NCBI RefSeq assembly: GCF_000009045.1 | Contig: NC_000964.3 | Location: forward strand, 1,380,001 to 1,412,000 | Direction: 5' to 3' | Origin: Bacillus subtilis subsp. subtilis str. 168 | GTDB taxonomy: Bacteria; Bacillota; Bacilli; Bacillales; Bacillaceae | DNA length: 32,000 nucleotides | Part shown: piece after piece, positions 10,453-18,180 of the stretch | How positions within the stretch are numbered: the first letter of the stretch is position 1 | Layout of the letters: every line of letters begins with the position of its first letter | Made by a program: the position numbers and the translations under genes | The notes under the pieces: model-generated | The model's input: only the letters and a program-made list of their open reading frames with translations | What the model was told of the DNA's origin: nothing | Database searches by the model: none

Positions 10453-11038
10453 GTTCTGACGCCCGCTTCCGTTTCTTTTTCAGTTCCTTTCCGAGTGCCA
10501 TTCCGTTTAACACACCTGTATAAGCGAGAGAGTCGCTGACAGCTTTTCCGAGAAGCCCCGCCAAAAGCGCGCCGGAAATGAGGCGGATCACAAGCATAAT
10601 GAGCAGATAACCTGGTGAATAGGCTGCATAGCCAGAAACAAAGAGATCATAGATAAAGCTGGCTACTGAAGACCCCATACCGGCCAGCATAAGGACAGGG
10701 AGAGAGTATGCTTTCCAGCGTGTTGCAAGAAATACAGCCTCAGCCCCGAGCCCTTGAACAATGCCAATGACGATGACCATCGGGCCAGACGGATTTCCCA
10801 GCAGGCACTCAACGAGAGCGGCAATGATTTCAGAAACGAGCGCCGCACCCGGTTTTCGAATCATGTACGCGGCGATCACAGAAACGATAAACCAAATGCC
10901 GTAAATTGGTTCATAGGCGATTGGCCCAAACATACCTGCAAGTACGTTTCCGAAATGTGTAAATAATAAATAAACAACGGCAAATACGATACTGATAACG
11001 GACATGATGACAATTTCTTTTACTTTCCAGCTTTTCAT
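10439..11038 (-). CDS. ykoE: ECF-type transporter substrate-binding S component (thiamin/HMP)
   Basis: 199 aa multi-TM protein between ykoF and ykoD in a TPP-riboswitch-controlled cluster. Confidence 0.88.
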   Translation of the reverse strand: MKSWKVKEIVIMSVISIVFAVVYLLFTHFGNVLAGMFGPIAYEPIYGIWFIVSVIAAYMIRKPGAALVSEIIAALVECLLGNPSGPMVIVIGIVQGLGAEAVFLATRWKAYSLPVLMLAGMGSSVASFIYDLFVSGYAAYSPGYLLIMLVIRLISGALLAGLLGKAVSDSLAYTGVLNGMALGKELKKKRKRASEHASL

Positions 11039-11039
11039 G

Positions 11040-11642
11040 TTATCCCTGCTTTCTGTTTTTTCTTGATGGACTGTTAGCCGAAAGATTCACAGTCATGGTG
11101 ATGTGGTTTGTTTGCTGCTCAGCCATGCGGAAAACGGCCTCCAATGTGCTGAATACGTCATGCGCATCCCCGTCAAGCTCGCTCGCGTAATGGACACCCT
11201 GTACGAAAGTGCCTTGGGCTTTTGCAATGTCGACAGCCTCCATAATCAATCCCATATAATCCGGCTCATTCATTGGATAAAGGGCAAATTGGCACGGCGC
11301 TTCCGCCTTCAAGCCTCGGACAGCATCTTCATTGACACGCTTATCACCTTTGGAAAGATATGTATCCCCCTGTGTGTCACCCGGGCATCCAATGGAAAAC
11401 GTGCCGTTCATGACGATGTGTTGTTCGCTGTTTGCTGCATGAAGGTAAATGGCTTTTGCAGCATCGAATACATGATCAATCGATCCGCGTAACACCGTGC
11501 TGATATGGTCGGTTTTCGTCCAAACCTTGGATGTATCTGTTTTTTTCAGCGCAGACTTGATCACACTGATAAAATCATCCGTCATCGGATATAAAGAGAA
11601 GCGAAAACCGGCGATTCTGCTTGTACCGCAAATATGCTCCAT
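11040..11642 (-). CDS. ykoF: YkoF, thiamin/HMP-binding protein
   Basis: 200 aa from MEHICGTSRIAGFRFSLYPM; internal duplication of FxLYPM repeats (FRFSLYPM / CQFALYPM). The extension to 11684 would start within the riboswitch terminator. Confidence 0.9.
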   Translation of the reverse strand: MEHICGTSRIAGFRFSLYPMTDDFISVIKSALKKTDTSKVWTKTDHISTVLRGSIDHVFDAAKAIYLHAANSEQHIVMNGTFSIGCPGDTQGDTYLSKGDKRVNEDAVRGLKAEAPCQFALYPMNEPDYMGLIMEAVDIAKAQGTFVQGVHYASELDGDAHDVFSTLEAVFRMAEQQTNHITMTVNLSANSPSRKNRKQG

Positions 11643-11672
11643 TTCTCCGACCTCCTGTTTTTTTGGTAAAAT

Positions 11673-11703
11673 AAAAAACTGCATATCCTAAGGGAATATG
11701 CAG
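11673..11703 (-). terminator. Intrinsic terminator of THI-box leader upstream of ykoF
   Basis: On minus: CTGCATATTCC ctta GGATATGCAG TTTTTTAT. Confidence 0.8.
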
Positions 11704-11747
11704 TCATAGATCGATTAAGCGCACAAAAAAATACACCATTCGGTCAA

Positions 11748-11846
11748 CCTGCACTTCCCCACGCTGGTATTATCCAGATCGGGTCATAAGGGATCAAAGC
11801 GCGTTTCTTCCGCGCTTTATCTCAGCCAAAACAGCACCCCTAGTGC
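11748..11846 (-). promoter_or_regulatory. TPP (THI-box) riboswitch aptamer
   Basis: On minus: AGGGGTGCTGTTTTGGCTGAGATAAAGCGCGG...GACCCTTATGACCCGATCTGGATAATACCAGCGTGGGGAAGTGC; contains CTGAGA and ACCTGATCTGGATAATGCCAGCG-like core. Confidence 0.95.
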
Positions 11847-11952
11847 TTTCCGTATACAATTTTTTATTTTGACATCATAATAGATGATAAGAATCATTTT
11901 GTAAACAACGAAATCATTTTTTTCATATAGGGACGGGAGAGGATGGTCAAAT

Positions 11953-12639
11953 TTGGAAAAAGGACACATATTAATTGTGGAAGATGAAGAAAAAATCGCC
12001 AGGGTTCTTCAGCTTGAATTGGAATATGAAGGATACAGCGTCACGATCAAACACAATGGCACAGAAGGTCTTGATGCGGCAGCGGAAGGCGGGTATTCCT
12101 TGGTGCTTCTTGATGTCATGCTTCCGGGGCTTAGCGGACTGGAAGTGCTGCGCCGCTTGAGAAAAACGGATTCGCAGACACCGGTCATATTATTAACGGC
12201 GCGAGACAGTATTCCTGATAAGGTAACAGGTCTGGACATCGGTGCAAATGACTATGTCACCAAGCCGTTTGAAATCGAGGAATTGCTTGCGAGAATCAGG
12301 GCGGCGCTGCGGCAAAATGGAACAAAAACTGAAGATATCGGCACCTTTCTTACATATGACGATTTGCGGGTGAACGAAAAAACCCGTGAAGTGAGACGCG
12401 GAGACAAAGAGGTGGAATTAACGCCGCGGGAATTTGATCTGCTCGTCTATATGCTAAAGCATCCGCAGCAAGTGCTGACACGGGAGCAAATTCTAAGCTC
12501 AGTATGGGGATTTGATTATATCGGTGATACAAATGTCGTGGACGTCTACATAAGATACATCAGAAAAAAACTGGACTATCCTTACGAAAAACAGCTGATC
12601 CATACGATTCGCGGGGTCGGCTATGCCATTAAGGGGTAA
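11953..12639 (+). CDS. ykoG: OmpR/PhoB-family two-component response regulator
   Basis: 228 aa; phospho-acceptor region LVLLDVMLPGLSG, receiver Thr/Lys motifs and C-terminal winged helix (ELTPREFDLLVYMLKHP...VVDVYIRYIRKKLD). Starts TTG, so start is slightly uncertain. Confidence 0.92.
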   Translation: MEKGHILIVEDEEKIARVLQLELEYEGYSVTIKHNGTEGLDAAAEGGYSLVLLDVMLPGLSGLEVLRRLRKTDSQTPVILLTARDSIPDKVTGLDIGANDYVTKPFEIEELLARIRAALRQNGTKTEDIGTFLTYDDLRVNEKTREVRRGDKEVELTPREFDLLVYMLKHPQQVLTREQILSSVWGFDYIGDTNVVDVYIRYIRKKLDYPYEKQLIHTIRGVGYAIKG

Positions 12640-12642
12640 ACG

Positions 12643-14007
12643 ATGAAGCTGAAGACCAAGATTCATCTATACACTTCGATATCACTGTTGATTTTATTAA
12701 TTTTGGTTCATACCGCAGTATATCTCATTTTTTCGTCTGCGCTGACATCAAAGGATGCGGCCCGGCTTGCTGATGAGACGGATAACATTGCCGAAGCGCT
12801 GCGTGCCGCTGAAACAGAAGGAGTGGCTTTGCAGGATATGCTGCAGGCCTATCTTCCGGCAAATGGCATGGTGCGTGTAGTGAATGGTGATCAAAAAGCC
12901 GTTATGACGATCACAAAAGAAAAAGCCTATAAAGATTTTCCTCTCTCTTTTCATAGCGGCGAAACGGCAGATGTGAGGAAACCTGACGGCAAGCTGTTTG
13001 CCGAGGCTGCTGTTCCGGTGATTTGGACCGATGGACAAGTCGTGTCTCTTCAGCTGGTTGAAAGACTGGAGAACACAGAAGAGAGTCTGTTTCTGCTGAA
13101 AATCATCTTAATCGCTGCAAGTGCTGCTGTCTGCATTGCTTCTTTTTTTGCAGGCAGCTTGCTAGCCCGCCGAATCATCAATCCGATCAGACGATTAATG
13201 ATCACAATGAAAGACATACAGCGAGACAAAGAATTTAAAACGATTTCTTTAGAAGGACAGTCCAACGATGAATTGTATCAAATGGGGCTGACATTTAATG
13301 AAATGGCAATGATGCTGAAGGAGCACTATGATAAACAGCAGCAATTTGTTCAAGATGCTTCACACGAATTGAAAACCCCGCTCACTATTATAGAAAGCTA
13401 CAGCAGCCTGATGAAGCGGTGGGGTGCAAAAAAGCCGGAGGTGCTTGAGGAGTCGATAGAAGCCATTCACTCAGAAGCGGTGCATATGAAAAAACTGACC
13501 AATCAGCTTTTGGCGCTGGCCAAAAGCCATCAAGGACTCGAGGTTGATCTGAAAACAATCGATCTGATTAAAGCGGCGCGCGCGGTTATGCAAACGCTCC
13601 AGTCCGTTTATCAGCGTGACATATTGCTTGAAACAGATAAAGAGAGCCTGCTTGTAAAGGCAGATGAAGAACGCATCAAGCAGCTGTTGACCATTTTGCT
13701 TGATAATGCAATAAAGTATAGTGAAAAGCCTATTGAGATGTCAGCCGGAACGAGGAATGGACGGCCATTTCTATCAGTGAGGGATGAAGGCATCGGAATA
13801 CCTGAGGAGCATATCCCGCATTTGTTCGAACGGTTCTACCGGGCAGATGAGGCACGAAACAGAAAAACAGGCGGAACAGGTTTAGGCCTTTCCATTGCCA
13901 AGCAAATCGCTGATGAGCATGGCATTGAGCTGTCTGTCAAAAGCAAGCCGGGACAAGGAACAGCTGTCACCATGCAATTCAGCGAACAGAATGGGGGAGG
14001 CCGATGA
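12643..14007 (+). CDS. ykoH: Two-component sensor histidine kinase
   Basis: 454 aa; two TM segments, HAMP, DASHELKTPLTIIESYSSLMKR H-box, N box LTILLDNAIKYS, G boxes DEGIGIPEEHIPHLFERFYR and GTGLGLSIAKQI. Confidence 0.93.
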   Translation: MKLKTKIHLYTSISLLILLILVHTAVYLIFSSALTSKDAARLADETDNIAEALRAAETEGVALQDMLQAYLPANGMVRVVNGDQKAVMTITKEKAYKDFPLSFHSGETADVRKPDGKLFAEAAVPVIWTDGQVVSLQLVERLENTEESLFLLKIILIAASAAVCIASFFAGSLLARRIINPIRRLMITMKDIQRDKEFKTISLEGQSNDELYQMGLTFNEMAMMLKEHYDKQQQFVQDASHELKTPLTIIESYSSLMKRWGAKKPEVLEESIEAIHSEAVHMKKLTNQLLALAKSHQGLEVDLKTIDLIKAARAVMQTLQSVYQRDILLETDKESLLVKADEERIKQLLTILLDNAIKYSEKPIEMSAGTRNGRPFLSVRDEGIGIPEEHIPHLFERFYRADEARNRKTGGTGLGLSIAKQIADEHGIELSVKSKPGQGTAVTMQFSEQNGGGR

Positions 14008-14684
14008 CTAAAACAATAAAAACAGTATCTTTTGCTGCAGCAGCCATTTTAGTTGTCATCATCTGTACGTTTCTCATCATTCGGCAAACCCATGAGAACG
14101 TATTGTCAAAGGAGACTGTCGTAAAAAAAGTCGAAGCCTCTTATGAAGGCAAGGTCACGAAAGCAACACAATCAAAGGATAAAAAAACATATGATATAAC
14201 CCTTGAAAATCCAAAGGGAACTTACTTTGTAAAAGCAGACGCAATATCGGCTGACATTCTTTCAATGAATAGAGTAAAAGCAGTGAATCCATCTGCCATG
14301 ACAGAAAAAGAAGCCGAGCATCTCGCGCTTGAGCGGGTGCCGGGAACGGTCAAAAAACAAACACGGCAAAGTCAAGTTGCCACTTATACCATACAAAAAG
14401 AAGACGGGAAAACATACGAAGTGAAGGTAGACATGCAGGCAAAAACAGTCTTGTCTGCCGATCAAATCAGCAGCAAAGATCAACAAAAAACGCCGATTAC
14501 GAAAAAAGAAGCCAAAACAATTGCAGAGCGAAAAACGGGCGGAACAGCGGATGACGCAGATCTCGAAGAAAGTGAGGGCACTCTCATCTTTGAAGTAGAC
14601 GTTGATCTTCCTGATAATAAGGAAGCGACAGTGAAAATCAATGCCTACACAGGAAAGGTAGCTAACATTGTGTATGAAGACTGA
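14004..14684 (+). CDS. ykoI: PepSY-domain membrane/extracytoplasmic protein
   Basis: 226 aa; N-terminal TM, two PepSY-like repeats (TEKEAEHLALERVPGTV, TKKEAKTIAERKTGG). Start overlaps ykoH stop (ATGA-type coupling). Confidence 0.88.
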   Translation: MTKTIKTVSFAAAAILVVIICTFLIIRQTHENVLSKETVVKKVEASYEGKVTKATQSKDKKTYDITLENPKGTYFVKADAISADILSMNRVKAVNPSAMTEKEAEHLALERVPGTVKKQTRQSQVATYTIQKEDGKTYEVKVDMQAKTVLSADQISSKDQQKTPITKKEAKTIAERKTGGTADDADLEESEGTLIFEVDVDLPDNKEATVKINAYTGKVANIVYED

Positions 14685-14688
14685 CGGT

Positions 14689-14732
14689 TTCTCATCAAAT
14701 TCTCATCTTGCTCTCGTTTTCCTTTCATGTTG
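14689..14732 (+). promoter_or_regulatory. Phased direct repeats, candidate response-regulator (YkoG?) operator upstream of ykoJ
   Basis: TTCTCATCAAA/TTCTCATCTTG/CTCTCGTTTTC/CTTTCATGTTG: four degenerate copies with 11-bp period, ending just upstream of a possible -10 (TAAACT at 14739-14744). Confidence 0.45.
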
Positions 14733-14775
14733 AGTATGTAAACTGTACTCATACAAAACAAAGGAGGGCTCACAA

Positions 14776-15288
14776 ATGCTCAAGAAAAAATGGATGGTCG
14801 GTCTTTTAGCAGGGTGCCTAGCGGCCGGAGGATTCAGCTACAACGCGTTTGCCACAGAAAACAATGAAAACAGACAGGCTTCTTCTAAGACGGATGCACT
14901 CACTGAACAAGAAGCAGAAGCAATTGCTAAAACAGTTGTTGACGGCACAGTAGAAGACATTGACAGAGACCTTTACAACGGCAAAGAAGTCTATGAAGTG
15001 GAGATTGAAAAAGAAGGTGAAGACTACGACGTTTATGTAGATATTCATACAAAACAAGCGCTTAATGACCCGTTAAAGGAGAAAGCAGAACAAGTCGCCA
15101 TAACCAAAGAAGAAGCTGAAGAAATTGCTTTAAAGCAAACAGGTGGAACCGTAACAGAAAGTAAGCTTGACGAAGATGACGGTGCTTACATCTATGAAAT
15201 GGAAATCCAAACGAAGCAAGGAACTGAGACAGAATTTGAAATTTCCGCAAAAGATGGACGCATTATCAAACAGGAGATAGATGACTAA
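14776..15288 (+). CDS. ykoJ: Secreted/membrane-anchored PepSY-repeat protein
   Basis: 170 aa; signal-peptide-like N-terminus (MLKKKWMVGLLAGCLAAGGFSYNAFA), two PepSY repeats; AAAGGAGGG SD. Confidence 0.88.
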   Translation: MLKKKWMVGLLAGCLAAGGFSYNAFATENNENRQASSKTDALTEQEAEAIAKTVVDGTVEDIDRDLYNGKEVYEVEIEKEGEDYDVYVDIHTKQALNDPLKEKAEQVAITKEEAEEIALKQTGGTVTESKLDEDDGAYIYEMEIQTKQGTETEFEISAKDGRIIKQEIDD

Positions 15289-15291
15289 TCA

Positions 15292-15318
15292 AAACCCCCG
15301 CTGCAGCGGGGGTTTTTC
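15292..15318 (+). terminator. ykoJ terminator
   Basis: AACCCCCGCTG CAGCGGGGGTTTTTC. Confidence 0.85.
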
Positions 15319-15370
15319 ATGATAAGAAACCTTCTTTTGGACAATCTAAGTAGAAAAGGAGGCGAAACGC

Positions 15371-15508
15371 ATGGAAAAGAAAGAGGAGCAATACATCAAT
15401 CAGGCTGAATATGTCCCTCATCCGACGAAGGAAGGAGAGTATGCCTTATTTCTTCATGAAACGTATCATTTGCTTTCTGAAGATGACGAGACACAAACAA
15501 CAGAATAA
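15371..15508 (+). CDS. Small protein of 45 aa, unknown function
   Basis: ATG 15371-TAA 15508: MEKKEEQYINQAEYVPHPTKEGEYALFLHETYHLLSEDDETQTTE. SD AAAAGGAGG 6-8 nt upstream; terminator immediately after. Absent from the supplied ORF track (below length cutoff). Confidence 0.7.
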   Translation: MEKKEEQYINQAEYVPHPTKEGEYALFLHETYHLLSEDDETQTTE

Positions 15509-15530
15509 GGGCTTAGGCCCTTGTTTTGTT
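15507..15530 (+). terminator. Terminator after 45-aa ORF
   Basis: AAGGGC ttag GCCCTT gttttgtt. Confidence 0.65.
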
Positions 15531-15569
15531 CCGTAATTGTGATGTAAGCGCATTTATTACTTTTTTGAG

Positions 15570-15598
15570 TTGACATAGCTTGTTTTTTTCTGTAATCT
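15570..15598 (+). promoter_or_regulatory. Candidate SigA promoter for M-box/mgtE transcript
   Basis: TTGACA at 15570-15575 followed by TGTAATCT (-10 region 15591-15598). Confidence 0.5.
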
Positions 15599-15620
15599 CA
15601 GTGTGTCAATTCAATTAGGA

Positions 15621-15775
15621 ACTTCGTTAGGTGAGGCTCCTGTATGGAGATACGCTGCTGCCCAAAAATGTCCAAAGACGCCAATGGGTCAACAGAAATC
15701 ATCGACATAAGGTGATTTTTAATGCAGCTGGATGCTTGTCCTATGCCATACAGTGCTAAAGCTCTACGATTGAAG
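15621..15775 (+). promoter_or_regulatory. M-box (ykoK) magnesium riboswitch aptamer
   Basis: CTTCGTTAGGTGAGGCTCCTGTATGGAGATACGCTGCTGCCCAAAAATGTCCAAAGACGCCAATGGGTCAACAGAAATCATCGACATAAGGTGATTTTTAATGCAGCTGGATGCTTGTCCTATGCCATACAGTGCTAAAGCTCTACGATTGAAG, the archetypal M-box. Confidence 0.97.
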
Positions 15776-15809
15776 GCGCCCGCACGCTTTTTTTGCCGTG
15801 CTTCTTTCA

Positions 15810-15833
15810 CCTTCAATCCCGAAGGCTTTTTTT
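15810..15833 (+). terminator. M-box expression-platform terminator
   Basis: CCTTC aatccc GAAGG CTTTTTTT; its 5' arm CCTTCAATC (15810-15818) is perfectly complementary to GATTGAAGG (15768-15776) at the aptamer 3' end (antiterminator). Confidence 0.8.
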
Positions 15834-15872
15834 ATGCCTTTAAAACGAAACCAATCAAAGGAGGTGCGGAGT

Positions 15873-15995
15873 ATGGATTCTCCCCATTCGAGTCAATCTG
15901 AAGAAGTACCCATATACTATGACAGCAAGACAATTGATTACACGATGAGGAGACGAACTGCCGCACCTTCTGGCGAGGCCGGCACGTCTCCGTAG
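15873..15995 (+). CDS. Putative 40-aa leader/small ORF between M-box and mgtE
   Basis: ATG 15873-TAG 15995: MDSPHSSQSEEVPIYYDSKTIDYTMRRRTAAPSGEAGTSP; preceded by AAAGGAGGTG SD and closely followed by the mgtE SD. Confidence 0.55.
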   Translation: MDSPHSSQSEEVPIYYDSKTIDYTMRRRTAAPSGEAGTSP

Positions 15996-16012
15996 AGGAG
16001 GTACGAGTCCCG

Positions 16013-17368
16013 ATGGTTCAAAACATGACCTATGACGAACTCATTTTACGCATCATTATTTTACTGCGAGACGGGAAAATCAGGGATTTTAGAAGTGTTA
16101 TTGATGAGCTTCAGCCCTATGACATGGCATTTATTTTTAAAGAAATGCCGGAAAAACATCGCGCCCGCTATTTATCTTATTTAACTGTAGACGATATCAC
16201 TGATATGATCGGGGAGCTGGAACGCGAATTTCAGCTTGTCGTCTTAAATAAAGTCGGAAAAACAAAAGCAACACTGGCGATGAACAAAATGGACAACGAT
16301 GACCTCGCTCAATTGCTTGAAGAAATGGACGAAGAACTGAAGGAACAGCTTTTATCCAGCATGGAAGCGTCAGAATCAAAAGCTGTACAGCTCTTGATGA
16401 ATTACCCGGCTGATTCAGCGGGACGCATGATGACAAACCGGTATGTGTGGATCCCTCAGCATTACACGGTAAAAGACGCGGTCGTCAAACTGAAAAGCTT
16501 CGCTGAAATAGCTGAATCGATCAACTACTTATATGTTATTAATGAAAGCAAACAGCTGGTTGGGGTTCTTTCCTACCGCGATTTGATTCTGGGTGAACCT
16601 GAAGAAAAGGTGCAGGATTTAATGTTTACCCGCGTCATATCAGCAGATGCTCTTCAGGACCAGGAAGAAGTTGCCCGCCTGATAGAACGTTACGATTTTT
16701 TGGCAATACCGGTTGTAGAAGAAAACAACGTGCTTGTCGGCATTGTGACGGTTGATGATATTATCGACGTTGTTATTCGGGAAGCTGATGAGGATTACGA
16801 AAAATTTGCCGCTTCCGGTAAAGACATCACCTTTGACACAAAAGCTTACGTGGCGGCATACCGGCGTCTGCCATGGCTGATTTTACTCTTATTTATCGGA
16901 CTGATTTCAGGAAGCATTATCAGCTATTTTGAAGACGCGCTGAAGCAGGTTGTCGCGCTTGCGTTTTTCATGCCGATGGTGTCAGGGATGACAGGAAATA
17001 CGGGAACACAATCTCTTGCGGTTGTCATCAGAGGTTTGTCTAAAGAAGAAATGAACAAAAAAACGATTGTGCGCCTGATCTTCCGGGAGTTCAGAACAAG
17101 CATTTTTATCGGAGCGGTTTGTTCTGTGCTGATTGCGATTGTTTCTATCATATGGCAGGGGAATGCGCTTTTGGGATTTGTTGTCGCCTCTTCACTGTTC
17201 TTAACCTTAATCATCGGCACGATGTCAGGAACGATTATCCCTATTATTTTGCACAAACTGAAAGTAGACCCGGCGATTGCTTCTGGACCGCTGATTACAA
17301 CGTTAAACGATATTTTATCTTTATTAATCTACTTTGGCATTGCCACTGCATTCATTCACTCATTATAA
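16013..17368 (+). CDS. mgtE: Primary Mg2+ transporter, MgtE family
   Basis: 451 aa; MgtE_N, CBS pair and C-terminal TM domain (PMVSGMTGNTGTQSLAVVIRGLS); downstream of M-box; SD AGGAGG. Confidence 0.95.
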   Translation: MVQNMTYDELILRIIILLRDGKIRDFRSVIDELQPYDMAFIFKEMPEKHRARYLSYLTVDDITDMIGELEREFQLVVLNKVGKTKATLAMNKMDNDDLAQLLEEMDEELKEQLLSSMEASESKAVQLLMNYPADSAGRMMTNRYVWIPQHYTVKDAVVKLKSFAEIAESINYLYVINESKQLVGVLSYRDLILGEPEEKVQDLMFTRVISADALQDQEEVARLIERYDFLAIPVVEENNVLVGIVTVDDIIDVVIREADEDYEKFAASGKDITFDTKAYVAAYRRLPWLILLLFIGLISGSIISYFEDALKQVVALAFFMPMVSGMTGNTGTQSLAVVIRGLSKEEMNKKTIVRLIFREFRTSIFIGAVCSVLIAIVSIIWQGNALLGFVVASSLFLTLIIGTMSGTIIPIILHKLKVDPAIASGPLITTLNDILSLLIYFGIATAFIHSL

Positions 17369-17371
17369 ACG

Positions 17372-17404
17372 TAAAAAGTCCGTCTCAACTGCGAGCCGGA
17401 CTTT
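17372..17404. terminator. Terminator between convergent mgtE and tnrA
   Basis: AAAAAGTCCGtctcaactgcgagcCGGACTTTT. Confidence 0.7.
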
Positions 17405-17410
17405 TATTAT

Positions 17411-17743
17411 TTAACGGTTTTTGTACCGAAAGTGAGCATTAAGCTGCCCCTCCAGCATTTTTTTCCGCACTTGCGGATCGTTTTTTAACATCTGTTCTTT
17501 TTTGCGCATATCCTTTAAAATCTCTGCCGTCTGTACGCCGTCTTCACGCTTATTGGCGATATCCATCAGCCGCTCCACATCGGCAAAGGAGTATTTTCTT
17601 GTCCCCCTTGAAGAACGCTGCGGGTAAATGAGCTTTCGTTCCTCATAATACCTGATCTGTCTTACGGACAATCCTGTCAATTCACTCACAATTCCGATTG
17701 AAATCACTTTTTTGTCTTTATAAGAATGATCTTCTGTGGTCAT
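17411..17743 (-). CDS. tnrA: MerR/GlnR-family global nitrogen regulator
   Basis: 110 aa from [53 protein letters not shown]; C-terminal GS-sensing tail [11 protein letters not shown]. Confidence 0.96.
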   Translation of the reverse strand: MTTEDHSYKDKKVISIGIVSELTGLSVRQIRYYEERKLIYPQRSSRGTRKYSFADVERLMDIANKREDGVQTAEILKDMRKKEQMLKNDPQVRKKMLEGQLNAHFRYKNR

Positions 17744-17772
17744 TTTTCCACCCCTGGATGTCTTTTGATAAT

Positions 17773-17824
17773 AGTATATAAAAAACAAAGAGAAAAAACC
17801 TGACGCTTGTCATATTTTCTAACA
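17773..17824 (-). promoter_or_regulatory. tnrA promoter with TnrA box
   Basis: TGTCATATTTTCTAACA (17808-17824) fits TGTNANAWWWTNTNACA. A TATACT -10 on the minus strand at 17773-17778 would place the box near -50. Confidence 0.85.
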
Positions 17825-17937
17825 TCAAATAGAAGATTTTTGAAAAAATACGGAAGAAAAATTAACAAGAATAATGCGTAACACCCAAGCGCGTTTTATC
17901 CTTTATGTAACGAATCAAACGAGGAGGAAGGATAATC

Positions 17938-18093
17938 ATGGAGGAAGAAAAAGCAGTCTCACTGGCAAAAGAAATTATAGAGTTGGATATCAAGCGTGAT
18001 GAAATGCTGGAGACGTTTATGCAGCTTGCCGGAGAACAGGCTTTTCAATTATTAAGATCGGTTCAAAACGGACAATACCGAAAATCTTCGTAA
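17938..18093 (+). CDS. ykzB: Small protein YkzB (51 aa)
   Basis: MEEEKAVSLAKEIIELDIKRDEMLETFMQLAGEQAFQLLRSVQNGQYRKSS; SD GAGGAGGAAGG; known ykzB-ykoL arrangement divergent from tnrA. Confidence 0.85.
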   Translation: MEEEKAVSLAKEIIELDIKRDEMLETFMQLAGEQAFQLLRSVQNGQYRKSS

Positions 18094-18180
18094 ACATAAA
18101 TTCTTTACATTAGATTCATACCACGTTCATTTAAAAAGAGTATCTTTTGTATAGGATACCTCAAAATGAAGGAGGACGCT

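Noticed and set aside
11643-11684. 14-codon N-terminal extension of ykoF
   Set aside because: It begins inside the THI-box terminator hairpin and T-run; the internal Met at 11642 is preceded by AGGAGGT (minus strand) and gives the known 200-aa protein.
11869-11891. ATCAT-aatag-ATGAT palindrome upstream of ykoG as an operator
   Set aside because: Only a 5-bp arm in AT-rich DNA; too weak to claim, though it overlaps a TTGACA-like -35 and could be tested with YkoG.
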